DNA of 64,000 nt, taken from NCBI GenBank assembly GCA_051362555.1, contig CM120642.1:16802001-16866000 (forward strand), written 5' to 3'. Numbering within the stretch: position 1 is the first letter of the stretch; the number at the start of each line of letters is the position of its first letter. Shown here piece after piece: positions 25,000 through 44,500 of this stretch. This stretch comes from Lingula anatina (lineage: Eukaryota > Animalia > Brachiopoda). The translations under genes and the position numbers were made by a program. The notes under the pieces are model-generated. The model had not been told where the DNA came from. It ran no database searches and saw only the letters and a program-made list of their open reading frames with translations.

Positions 25000-27900
25000 T
25001 GGGCACCAAAATCTCCAGTAAGTATGAACTTCAATGCAAATTGCTAAGCAGAGTCTGAGTCACCTGTCAGTGTGTTACAGATAATTCACAATTTACTCCA
25101 GTTATCAGTCACAAAAAGACTCACTGACTTCAAAGGGAAAACTACTATAACTGTCTAGGTTGAGGCTACAAAAACAGACATACTATTAGACTATTTTTGA
25201 CAAAAACCTCAATCTCAAATCAATTGTTTTATGTCACTTTTAATGTGCAAATATTACAAAATGTGTGTGACCAATGTGATTCAGAATTACACAAAAACTT
25301 ACATAGGTTCTCCTGTTTCTATATAAGCAGTGATGACCTCGGGGGTCAAAGATCCCATTAAAACTTCTGTCACTTCATAAAACTGTGTGATTGAAAATCC
25401 GTCCTGCACAGTTGTCTTGATTGTGCTATCCTCTACAGGTTTTATAGTGGAGGAATCTGGTATCAAAAGAATAACTCCTGTGTACACAGAATGATTTCTC
25501 CCACTGAAGCTTAAAAACAAGTTAAAGGCAACTTTATGTAAATTAGAAAATTACATTGTGTAAAAATGTTTTTAGCCTTTGGGGTGTAGGATACCATGGC
25601 AGAAGCAATGCACATGCATATCCAATAACTTAAACAAGTTCTAACAATTTTAATCATTTTAATCAACAACTAGAGTGAGGAACGGGGCACTGTTTTATTT
25701 ATTAAATGTACGTATAAGCTTTTTTGAGTCTTAATTTTTATTGCTCCAAGACAAATAACCCTACCCTGATAGCATCTCAAAGGCATGGTGTTTATCCCTG
25801 GGTTTCTCAAAAATTTTGTCATCCATAGTAACAACTGTGTCAGCTCCAATGATAAGATCTGGTAACCTCTGAAAGATATTGGGAAAAAAGTAAAACGTTT
25901 CATGAATCTGTGTTGAGAATTAAAAAAAAAAAAAAACTAAAGGAAGATAAGTTCTTCTGATGGTTGTTAAAAAAATGTATTTTAAGTTAAAGGGTAGAAA
26001 ATTAAGGTGCACCAGCTGGGATTGGGCATGCCAATTGCCATGCATTTAGACAGCAAGAGATACCAGGACTTATGTTCAATTAAACCTTCTTACTTGATAC
26101 AGTGATAGGTAGGCTAGCTGTGCTTATATATCTCTACATCATTTTTGGGAAATTTCACCTGCTTATTGTTTATAATTAATCCTTGTTAAAAATTACACAT
26201 ATTTCAGCAAGTATAAGGAATATTCACACTGCTCAGGCAATTAAAAAAATAAATAAACAAATAAATAAATTATTGTTATAAATAAAAAGGTTTGATGAAT
26301 ACACATATTTATTCCTTAAATTCACATCAACAAAGATAAAGAGGAAAAAAAATAAAGGATTTTATTCAGGCTGCCAGAAATATGAGACATCATATGATTA
26401 TGCAATAATTCTTTTCATGCCTAAACTGTCATTAAAAATATATTTCACCCTAACCTGCTCACTTCTCAGCTTTTCTGCTACTTCCACAGTTTTTCTTTTT
26501 GCAGTCTCCATGACATATTCATAGGCATGGGAAAAACTTGCCTTGTCTAAATTTTCTTCAAAAGTTGATGGAATTACTTCAAATTGTAAACCCTGCAACA
26601 TGAAAGTAAATTCTTTTGACTTTTTTGATGGATACAAAATATTTAAATTCACTGACATATGCGGGCATTGTAAATAATTTTACGTGATTTTTCTTTGCGG
26701 GTGATACATTATATTACAACTACAGTTTTGTGCAGAGAAGGTGACATTACGGATATGGATAAACTTACGTATCGCAAATTGCACATAATTACAGGGTAAA
26801 CACAATAGGACACAATGCTTAGAGTAAGTCAGCTGGGGTAAGGGAAGTTAGTTGAGTTGGCCTCGTTTTAGGTGATGAGTGACAGCCTTAATTGCCACCT
26901 CTCCCTCTACCGATGCTGCTGAGTGACAGCTTTAATTGTCATCTCCCAAGTCCCAACCGCTTATCTAATTATCTGCCCGACTGCACACAATCATTTTTTA
27001 TCTATATGTGGCACGCTTTCATCGTATTCGTCCTTCAGTTAGTATTTAAAGCCTAGGTCCCAAATACGTTTTCCATGCACGGTATTTTAGGTTCCTTGCG
27101 TCCGGCTAGGACGTAGCAAGATCGCACGTAGCGGCTGTTGATCATGTCGAAAAGTTAAGCTTAGGTCCTAATTACGTTTTCCACGCACGGCTTTTAGGTT
27201 CCTTGCGTCCGGCTAGGACGTAGCAAGATCGCACGAAGCGGCTGTTGATCATGTCGAAAAGTTTCTACGTGCTGTTTGCGTCCTCCAAAAGTCGCACGAT
27301 GGACGTGCTCCTCACGCACGAACTCCCACGTTTTCCCCCATTTTTTGGCCGTAGACCACGCATAGCAGCCCATACTTTCGGTTGGGATCTAGGGTTATTT
27401 GATTCCCTCCCTGCGATTTAGCTACGCCCTAGACGGACGCAAGGAGCCTAAAAACCTTGCGTCCAAAACGTAGTTGGGACCTAGGTTTAAGATAGCATTT
27501 TCTCTCTTCACGATGTCTTGGTTCTCAAGGCTCGGTTACAAATTAATGTCACTCCTAAAATTGTTTCAACAGGCGTTTTTGCTGCGCACATAGTTACAGT
27601 TTGTTTTTTTTTTTCTGTTTTTTTTTGCTGTAAATTGTGTTGTAGATTTTGAAATTCCCATGTGTTGTTGATTCTGAATTTTGAAAATAAAGGAACAATA
27701 ACCCAAATAAGACGGTGTATTTTACGTTTTTCCTTGAGGTATCAATTTCAGCTCAAATTATTACATTGAAATGCTCACACTATTATAAATTTTGAGAATA
27801 TAATTGATTGCAGTTTAACCTGGCTTTGCCCCAACCTTTTCGATCACGAAAAACAACAGGGACCGGGTAATCTATCCAAACGCGTTTTTTTTTTCTTTAC

Positions 27901-30810
27901 TCTTAATTATGAAGCGGCGCGGAGTATTCAATCGGAGATTAAGACGACGACGATAATATCCAGTGACTCGTACGTCAAATTATGGCTGTACCCACGCACC
28001 ATTTTTCCATTATTTATACCCACCATCCCTAATCAACGATCTCACCTGGTTTCTGACGAATATCGACGCTCGCTTACCGTCATTACAATTTTGTTACAAG
28101 AAATATCCTAATGGCAACTGGATATGACACTTCTACATATTAGTTTGAAGACCTTCATTTGAATTAAGCTGTTTTCTTTGGTACCAACGTCTTACTAATG
28201 AACCACAACTTTAAAACAGGTCGAAAGCGAGCATATAAAAAATGCTCTTGTATTAAGCCATTAAAATTCACCATAGATAAGGGTTTTTCTTAACTGAAGG
28301 AACTTGCAGGCAACATAATTGTACATCACAATAATTTATATGTGTCCACACAATGATCAAAGACTACAGCATGGTTATATAATGTTTTCATGAAATCTGA
28401 CCGGCTATCATTACCAATAAATGTTACATTTTTTTTGGTTGAACTTTGCTTGGTTTGGTGCATGCAAGCTCGTTCTGTCACATTATACGTTACCGATACG
28501 GACCAGCACCTTTTACTGGCGACGGATGTTTCTTTTGTGTTTTTTTTTTTTCGAATTTATATCAGAATATTTTATTTATCGCAATAAAGGAAATGTCTGG
28601 CATATATTTATATAGCAAATATTCTTATATGACATTATTCATACAACTTATTCGATCCAGACTTAGTTCACGTGTATCTTGATGGAATGATTTAAGCAAG
28701 CAGTTTTTTAAGAACTTTATTTTAAATTAATAGTTTTATATTCCCGTTCTTCTGCTGAAACGAGCAGATTTCTTATTGTTTCATGAATGAAATAATAAAT
28801 AAAAATCCCTTCTTCATACAATGTTCTTCGTTTGATAATTATCCTTGTTGAACAGTGAACGAAAATAAAGGCAGTCTCAAGAAATATGTTGATGGAGAGA
28901 TAGGAAGATGGCGATCTTATCGGAGCTCTCAATTTACCTGTACGTTGCAGTAATTAAACAGTTAGCTTACGTGGCAGCTCTGATTCAAAGTGTCACCTGA
29001 AAATCTTTTGTCCGACTTAAACTTTCAAGATGTGCCAAGTTTGATTTCAATCACGCTCCCTGCGGCAACTGCCGATACGAAACCAGCACCTGACAACAGT
29101 GAAATTATCATCCCAAGAGGAAATCTAAAGCACGGAGCTGTCTGCAAGCCAGCTGTCCAAAGTTGGTAAGTTAATAGTGCAGTTTCAAAATATACGAAAC
29201 CCTACACCCTGGAATTGATCACAGTATTAAGGAATGTGCTTTTGTGCGACTACATGTAGCCCTATTTCTACAATTATTATAATCATTGAATAATAAGACT
29301 TTTCCCACCATCAATTAACTCAAACATTACAGAAAGAGATTCCTTTAAGATGTTATGTTGTTGGTGTGATCTGTAAGTTTGATGTTCATTACATAGGATT
29401 GGACGTTGCTTTTACGGGTAAAAAAAAAACCCACAATACTCTTAAAATTAGACTGCGCTAAATAGGGTATCGACTAGTTAGCAAACTAAAATCAAGGATG
29501 GAGGGATGTGCTACAGAAACGGCATAATTACGGATTACTATTAGCACCTCTTTACTATCTAGAATTGTTCACCATACTGACTCTTGTCAAAGCCGACACA
29601 GGCTCTAAATATTGTAATACAATAGATGTAGCGTTTAACTCCCCCCTCACCCCACCGATAATGACTGGCCTGTAATTGTGCGTTTAACAAAGGTAGTGTT
29701 ACAGTGATATTCACACCTTAAGCCTCTGGCGATAGTCAAGCAAGCAGAAGAAGATATAAAACCTCCTTCACTATAAACTGAGCCACACAACAGTGGTCAA
29801 ATTCCTGCTTAAATCAAGACGGCTATTCCAGCCCACTTTCCCGCCATTTTGCATTAATTTGACACATGTAGTCGTACGTGTAGTGTAAAATGTCAACGAA
29901 GTACTGATTGGCTTAAAAACCGGAAGCTAGAGGAAATGAACCAAGCGTTTACCTTGGCACAAATGGCCTTCGTTAAATTTGTACGCAGTCATGTGACGTG
30001 AAAGTGCCGTGAAACTTATTACGAGTTTTCGCATTTATGTTACTCCGATTGAACAGTATGAATAGTCTGACGTCGGTGAAAAAAAGGGAAATTATTTTGG
30101 GTTTAAATGTTATTTATTTATTTATTTTTTTGGACATTTTAAAGTCGGCTCACTGACTCACTTAGTCAAAGTTATGCCTGGGTTGCATCACAGTTAGCGG
30201 GAAACTGGACCTGTAGTATTATAGACCACAACACAGTGACGTATCATCGACTCGTTGACAAAGGTATCATTTACAAGAAATCAGTAAATCAATGTGAATA
30301 ACTCTTAAACATCCCATTCTAACCAGAGCAAAGGGTCGCGTCGCAGCGTAACACAGGACGATTTAATAACCCACAATTAAGCGAGATCATATATCACGCC
30401 TGTTTTCACACATGATTGTGTGTTGCCGAAAGGCGAGAAACACCCCGCCGTCACCCTATTTGCGTAAGCCCACCCCTTCTTACTCATCGCTGCATGTGTG
30501 TAAGATGTACGTAAGATGTGAGTAAGATGTACGTAAGTCGGCATTGTCCTTTAGCCTACGGATTTTCACACAATTCTTTTGTCCTCTTAAGGGGCGTACG
30601 TAAGACAAGTTAATCGTTTTTGAAGTAAGCGTATCCGTAATGGCATCTTCTCTGCACAAAACTGTACATTTATGATTAAATTATTAAGCAAATTAATCGC
30701 AGTTTGATATTTTTACTTACCCCATTTTCTAAGATCAATTTTCTCCTTGGAGATCCGCTTGCCAAAACTATTTTCATACCCCCAAGTTTGTGCTTTATAG
30801 ACTGCAACAT
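24695..30810 (-). CDS. Maf-family dTTP/UTP pyrophosphatase (stand-alone homologue of the ASMTL N-terminal domain), 227 aa
   Basis: Five phase-compatible exons: 30810-30721 ([30 protein letters not shown]), 26592-26455 ([17 protein letters not shown]...), 25868-25765 (LIIGADTVV...FEKP), 25509-25303 ([12 protein letters not shown]...YIETGEPM) and 24839-24695 (DKAGGYGIQ...[10 protein letters not shown]...stop); 684 nt in total. Confidence 0.93.
26723..30664. mobile_element. Possible ~3.9-kb TIR-bounded, TA-flanked element filling Maf intron 1
   Basis: TA|CAGTTTTGTGCAGAGAAGGTGACATTACGGATA ... TATCCGTAATGGCATCTTCTCTGCACAAAACTG|TA. No transposase ORF is visible. Confidence 0.55.
27050..27487. mobile_element. 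PIF/Harbinger-like MITE with an internal ~108-bp duplication
   Basis: Long imperfect TIRs AGCCTAGGTCCCAA...TTGGGACCTAGGTT, flanked by TAA on both sides. Confidence 0.7.
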
Positions 30811-31300
30811 TTTATAAATGTTCTTCAAATTTAAACACGACTAGTAGTATAATATCTGCCCAATCAATGCTTAGTTGGAAATGATATCAGGAAGTAATAA
30901 ATGTCAAGCAGCGATTTCTGAGCAGTTTCACGCTGTCGGTCTTCAAGCAAAACTTGGTCAATTCTGGTATAGTTTGTCGTCTATCCCGGTGTAAATGATG
31001 CAAGCCAAATGCAAGTGATGGTATATAACTTCGTGGTGTAAACACGTGCGAAACTCTGTGTGTAAACATCACAACGAGATCTCGTTTATTGGCGAGACGT
31101 TTATTGACTGTTCTGCAAAAACATTTTTGGGTAAACTAAAACAAACATTTTAGGGTAAACTTAGACCAGCTTATAATTTTAAAATAATCAGTGAAATTGC
31201 AAACCTGCAATTCAAAGGAAAAGACAATTATGCTGCACATATATTCTCGAGATCTCGTTCCACGGCTAATTGGGTCAAGATGGAGGGGTTCACCCTGGTG
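30811..31300. promoter_or_regulatory. Candidate bidirectional promoter between the head-to-head Maf and ABHD18 genes
   Basis: CpG-enriched, with palindromic CGAGATCTCG motifs at ~31075 and ~31247 and CACGTG at ~31043. The genes diverge. Transcription start sites cannot be determined. Confidence 0.4.
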
Positions 31301-31548
31301 TTTGGTGAAAATCTGTGAAAAGTTTTGAAAATAAAGCTTTTCAATACATGCATCTTTCATCAGTTGCAGTTATTTTTACATACTGGGTGGGTATACATAA
31401 TTATATCCATTGTTGATTTCTAATGCACATAAGAGAAATATGATATGTGTATTACACGCTCAGCTGTTCATTGCGAAATTGAAAGTAACTGTTGATCGAC
31501 AGTGTTATTGTACTTTTTGTGTCAACATTTAATAGTATTTTTTGTTAA

Positions 31549-32172
31549 AGTATAATAACTCTTCGTTTTGGCCAAAAATTGGATTTTCCTGGAAAAAACG
31601 GCAATTTTTCCGTACTTACCAATGGTCAACGACCACATTCCTGCATTCAAAGTTAATCCAGAGTTTTTTCCCTAAACGTACGGTTTTTTGTTAAAATCTC
31701 TTAAGAGATTTTAACTGACGGAGCTCTCTCTGACATTGCGTAGTCACTGGTGACCTACTTAAAACCGCGGGAAAAGCAGACAACAACAACACTATATAAC
31801 AATAATATAAGATTCATGAGATATATTTGTCTTTTTGTTAAAAATGCATTTATATCCACAATGTGTTCCATTCTGGGCTGTTCGTTATCCGACGCACTGT
31901 ACAAAAACTCGCAACTTACGTCTGCGGACTACACTTGGCGCCATATGTTATTTTGGTCTCGAATGAACGCGAGAATCCGCGTGACACCCAAACGTCATTG
32001 GCAACAAATGCCTTGACGAAGGCATCAAAAGCCCAACTGACAAGCACAGATTATAGTTTTACTACAATAACGGCCGTTTTAGTGGTAAAATGCAATAGAA
32101 TATATTTCCATGCGTTGTTTACAATGTATTTCTTGCGGATGTTTGAATCTCAAAGGAAGAGTTATTATTGCT
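31549..32172. mobile_element. Kolobok-like non-autonomous element (long subfamily)
   Basis: TTAA|AGTATAATAACTCTTC...GAAGAGTTATTATTGCT|TTAA; paralogous to 44690-45362. Confidence 0.8.
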
Positions 32173-32912
32173 TTAAGTATGCCATGCACTAGGTAAAAAG
32201 TCCTGAAGGGACGATGAAGAAGGGTGTCATTTTTTATCACTGTGCATTAGTATTATCCATGGTCCCCGGGAGACTGCGCACTATTTGTTTTATTATACCA
32301 ATTGCCCTCCAAAGCATAAAGAAAGACTACTATTAGTTTGGAAATAACTAGATTTATATATCTAGATCAATATACAACCCTGACATCAATTCAAATTATC
32401 ATCTCTGTTATGCCTGCCCATAACCCATAGTTACGTGATGTTGCAAGCAGCCATGCATGCACACCTGATGATTTTATATCTACGCAAAGTTGTGTTGTTC
32501 AAGACCGTATTCAAAATGGTCTGTGTGGTAACTGACCAATCAGAGGGTTAGATTTCACTTTGACCTGAGGTCAAACAATAGTGCGCAGTAATATTGCACA
32601 GTCAGTGGCAAAAAGTACCCTTGTACAAAACACAAGAGATCTATATGATATAGTACATGGTAGCTGACCAATCATTGGTATGATAATGACATGTGGAGTT
32701 TTTAAGTGCAGGGATATCTTTCTATTATTTTTATATATTCTTTTATTTTTTTTATTTTAATGAATAATATAATTATTACGTTCTTCGGTACACATAACTT
32801 CTCAGCATTTCTAAGTTAGCATGGTGTCACATACCCAGGAGGCAGTATTGATCCTTAATGTTGTATCTTTCTTGTTAAGAAAAGGTCTTATTTTCATTTT
32901 TCAGTGAGAACG

Positions 32913-39744
<6,832 letters not shown>

Positions 39745-40779
39745 AAGGAACTGCAGACTTGCCATTTTGAAATTAATTCTACATCAGATAAAAAAAAGGG
39801 AGAGGGGGAGTTAACCAGATTGTATTTGTTGACAACACCTTATTTTATTTATTAATTAATTTTTTTTTTTTGGGGGGGGGGGGGAGACAATTACCATGAA
39901 ATATTTCTCAGGTCAAGTCTTTTGATGAGTGTGAAAACTTGTCTTTGTCTTCAGAGTAATTAGATGGCTGAAATAGAAGAAATGGTAAATGAAATGGTAA
40001 ATTGGTAAATGAAAAAAAAATGTTTTTTTTCTACAAAAATTCTGTTTGGCTAAAATGATAGTAAATGGTAAGCAAAAGCAAAGAGTAGTAAGAGTGAACT
40101 TAACATTTTTAGTACTGGATGCTCTAAAAAGCTACAAACTATGCACAGGTGTGCCCTCTCTTCACTGACACAATTCTTGTTAAAAGCATGTTTTCTTTCT
40201 CAGTTTAGCATGTATTTTATGAGACTAGGTATTTTTGGTGGAGTGACTTATCTCCCTCCTGAAAGAATTCAGTGGAGAAATCCAGAGCTGTGCTCAGTAA
40301 TATAAAGTGTGATATTTTACTGCATTTGTATCAACATGCACATAGGATATTTATTTTTTACTGAATGAATTTTACATCAGGTATTGATGAAGTGGTGCCT
40401 AATAAAGAACAGCTGTTTTGTTTATTAATTGTTTACTTCTCATTTTGTGCAGTGCAAAATGCTTGCAAATAAAGTTTGCAGGAATTCTTGTTTGAAAAAT
40501 CTTTACAGGGGAAAAAATTTGCGTTGAAAATTGACGCAAGCGGCAACCATACATTTAACTTCTCATCCATATCATATAAGTTATTATAACTGCATTCATT
40601 CATTCAGAATATTGCGTTTCCCAATTCCAGTTTGTTTTTAATAACTATAAACTGACTGGCTCCACGACCTCCATTAATGCCCATTTCAATTTGATTGATT
40701 TTTTCAAATCAATTTAGCTCTTTCACATGAATAAAAAACGCAACGGAAGAAAGCATATAGGGTGGAAACGATTGTGATT

Positions 40780-40979
40780 TTCAATACCCGAGGGGGGTTC
40801 AATAACGTGCAAATACATTGCTTTAGTTGGGCAAAAGCCCTGAAACGGTATAAACACAGCCACGTGGGTAAGTGTCCGCGCATGCTCATTCCTTCCCCCT
40901 CGTGTGCTAATGGCGACATGTGCATATTGTGATATCTATTCAGATTCGCAAGCCATGTTGTCTTGGCCGAACAGTCTCC
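40780..40979 (+). promoter_or_regulatory. LARP1 promoter and first (5' UTR) exon
   Basis: CpG-rich, TATAAA at ~40849, CACGTG at 40861, GCGCATGC motif, and donor GTGAGT at 40980. Confidence 0.55.
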
Positions 40980-41536
40980 GTGAGTAATTATTAAAGGTCT
41001 TCCTTAACTCAAGAACGCCAACAAAGTCCCCGACGACCGACAAGAAGAATATCCCCAAGAACGCGAGGAGTTCAACCCATGAATTGACGAGACGGAAGAT
41101 AAGTGAACAACGTGGTCAAATAGGGCCAGATTTACATCGTAGTGTCCTGAAAGTAGACTTTTGTGGACCATACTACGACCTTTCGTTTAACGTATACAAG
41201 GATTGTATAGTCAGGTGACACGTAAACAATTGACAATTGGTTTCGATCGTGGAATTTTGTGAAATTCATTGAGACAATTAGTTAAAACCCGGTGACCTTG
41301 ATTTGCCCTAGTTTCGAGATTGAGGGTCATATTGCTTCATGCCATATTGTGAGAAACTTTGCATCTCTTGAAAAATTTCTCCTCACGACAGGTGGTAAAA
41401 GGCGTCATATAATTTGATATTCATAATACCTGTTGTGTCTGAGGCACTCATTGTCTTAGTTGCCATCTGTTTCTCAGAAAAAAACGTTAGGGAAAAACAT
41501 CATCTGCAACAGCTGTGTACATCCTGAATTTTCAAT

Positions 41537-44500
41537 ATGGCGTCGGCAGGAGTGGCAAACCCACAGCAGACGGACGCGCAACGTAAGGAAGTAGCAGAGA
41601 CTCCAAAGGAACAGACAGTCTCTGCCAACCAACCTAAGAGCCCAGTACAGAAAGCCCCAGATGTCAGCACGAACCCTTGGTTCACGAGGAAACCACAGCA
41701 GCAACAAGCTGTTGCTCCTACCATGAAAGAACCCCCTGTTACAAGTGACACTACCAAAAAAGACCCTCAATTACAAAAGGAAGGTGACTTAAAGAAAGAG
41801 GTGCTTAAGGAAGGCAAACAACAGGAAGGAAAACCCAGTCAGGCCAGCTCTAGGACTAGTGGTTCAGATTCTGAAGGAGAAAAATCGGACAAATCTGGTG
41901 ATTCAGCTAAATCTAAACCAATCCCTAAGATATTTGACAATAAAAATTTTGTGGAGGCCCCAATTCCAAAGACAAATCCTTGGACAAAGAAGCTGAGCAA
42001 TCCCAGGCCAGTTGCTGTTGTGACTCCAACAACCAGCACAGGTAATATTTTCAAAACTAATTTAATATGCAGCTCTAAGTGAACAAATATATGCATATAA
42101 AAAAATTGTACATACATATAGAGGATGTGGGCAATCATAAGACGAAGCTCACTTATTGTTTTTGTTTTGCTTGAATATGATAATTTACTGTGTTTTTAAG
42201 CTGAAATAATAGTGCAAAGTCACTTGATTTTCCATGTGATTGTCTTCCATACTTTTTGCATGAAATAACAAATATTGGTATATGAGTATTATAGCGTGCA
42301 AAAAAAAGGTGTGTTATAATCTCTGATTATCACATGCTCATTAATGAGCAAGCAATGTGTGATCACCTGGCACTTAAGTTAACGGGGATTGATCAGGAGA
42401 TTAAAGAATGCTTGATTTTTTTAGACCGTGTGAAGCAGTGTTATTTAATTCTTAAAGTTTTAGCAAGAGTGTTGATATTTTTCAAACTTTGCTATGAGAA
42501 TTTGATAAGCAAATGAATTTTTCATACTTAAGTTTGAACATATGTAATTTAAACATTTGACCATGTGTGGATATCATAACTATCTTTACATATGCTGTAC
42601 ACTTTTTTATTATTTGAACTCTTTATTATACTGTTCAAATGCCAGTTGGCTAGGTTTATTCAAAATTTTGACTGCCTAAGTAATCTCAAATTCAGTGTCA
42701 TGTCAGTATGGGATGAGACTGCATGTAGCAAAATTTTATTAGTTTTTTAAAGCTTAATAGTAATACTTATAATACTCTGGTTAATCATATGGTAGGCTGC
42801 AGTGATAGTCATGCTATTATATGTCTTTGATGATTATGTAGAATTGCTATTTGACAAACACAGAAACAAAAATTCTTGTTAATTTTTTATCCACATGGAC
42901 TTGGGCACAGTTTGCGTGTGTTGAGAATAAAGTCGAGGCATCCATTAGCACAGTAGCGTGGATAGAACAAATCAAGTCCAGTCTGGCTGGTACTCATAGT
43001 CATAAGGTTGCATGAGTCTGCCCATTTGGTCAGGATCTTTGTGGATTTATCTTGGCCCACAGCAGCCAAATTATGTGACATTTACCCTCTGCAGATTTCC
43101 ATTACTCCATGTATGTGTAGAGCAGTGCATAATTTAAAGAGAATTTGAGGCATTTAACAATGGAATTGGTATAGGAGTAGGGTGGGGATAAGATGTTATC
43201 TGCTATCATGGATTGCGTCAAGAAAACGGTTTTAGTTAACCTTAAATTAGCACATAGAACATGTCTTTGTACTTGCAGGATTACATCTATGCAAGTGCAT
43301 GAGTTGCACTTGTTGCAAGTGTTCAAAGTGTGGCTTAGTGGTGGTGGTGGGGGGGGCTTAATTTATTTTGAACTTTTATATTGCATTGACAATCTGGCAT
43401 ATTAATGTCCTGCTGTAATAGATATGCATATTTACATGGGGAAATCATTTATAATGCATTGTGCAAAGCTGAATATTATATGATACGGGGGGAGGTTTTG
43501 GTTTTGGGGGGGAGGGGGGTGTCAGAATTACAGTTTAGTCATTTTGTTCTGGGTTAGATGCAAATTTTACATGCAGATTGCTATGATCTCCTCTTAAAGG
43601 CATTTTGTAAAAAAAAATATTGTAAGGAAAGAACTAGTTATCAGTATCACGTAAGAACTGAAAGGTGAATCTGTTGATTTACTAAGTTGTTGTGGTGGTG
43701 TTGTGAATGATGCATGAGAAAATCCCACATGGTGTAGCATTTTGTCTTGTGACTTTATACTGTAATTGTTTAAAATGTTTCAGCAGTACACATTTTGTAA
43801 TAATGTGCCTTTTAAAGATTAATCAATTTTCGTCTAACACAATTATGTAGATAAAGACAGGAAACCAGCTTACTTTTAAAAACCTTTGAACCTTTCAAAA
43901 TCATTGATAAAACAGGAAAGTTACAAATTCGTTTAGTTCAAAATTTGAGAGTAATTACCCAAGTAACGCATGTGACTTCTGAGTCTCCCATAAGTATGGC
44001 CCAGCCAGTAGCTCCAGTTAAAGCCCCCCTCTCTGGCAGGTGGATTAGTAATTTACCCATATATGGAGAGCTCTATCTAGTTAATCAGATTGAGGCATAC
44101 AGGGCTTATAAGATAAGACTGCTTTAGATTTGATAGATGCAGGTATCAACCTTGTCCTTTCTGTTGGTAGAGAGAGTTTGCACAAAGACTGCAAAGTGTT
44201 TGGGGACCTGGCAATAAATAAATAAATAAATGAAAAGTTATCATAAAACTGGTCCAGTCACTGAATTACAGGTTGCTTGAATTCATAAATCTGAAGTTGT
44301 TGTTGTGGCATTAGTTATTACTGTGCCTGCTGATTACATGGTAAGTTGTGCAATCTGATGTGATTGGTGAAAGCATGAAGAAGGTACAGCAATGCTTATC
44401 TGGTGGCTAGTAAGCTATAAAGGTAAGTTCATTTTGCTTAAGTGTGATGGTGAGATGCAAGCACATGCATTTGTGTACTCTTTACATGTGCTGAAACATC

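Noticed and set aside
41474-42138. Minus-strand ORFs overlapping the LARP1 exon
   Set aside because: They are antisense shadows of a real coding exon.
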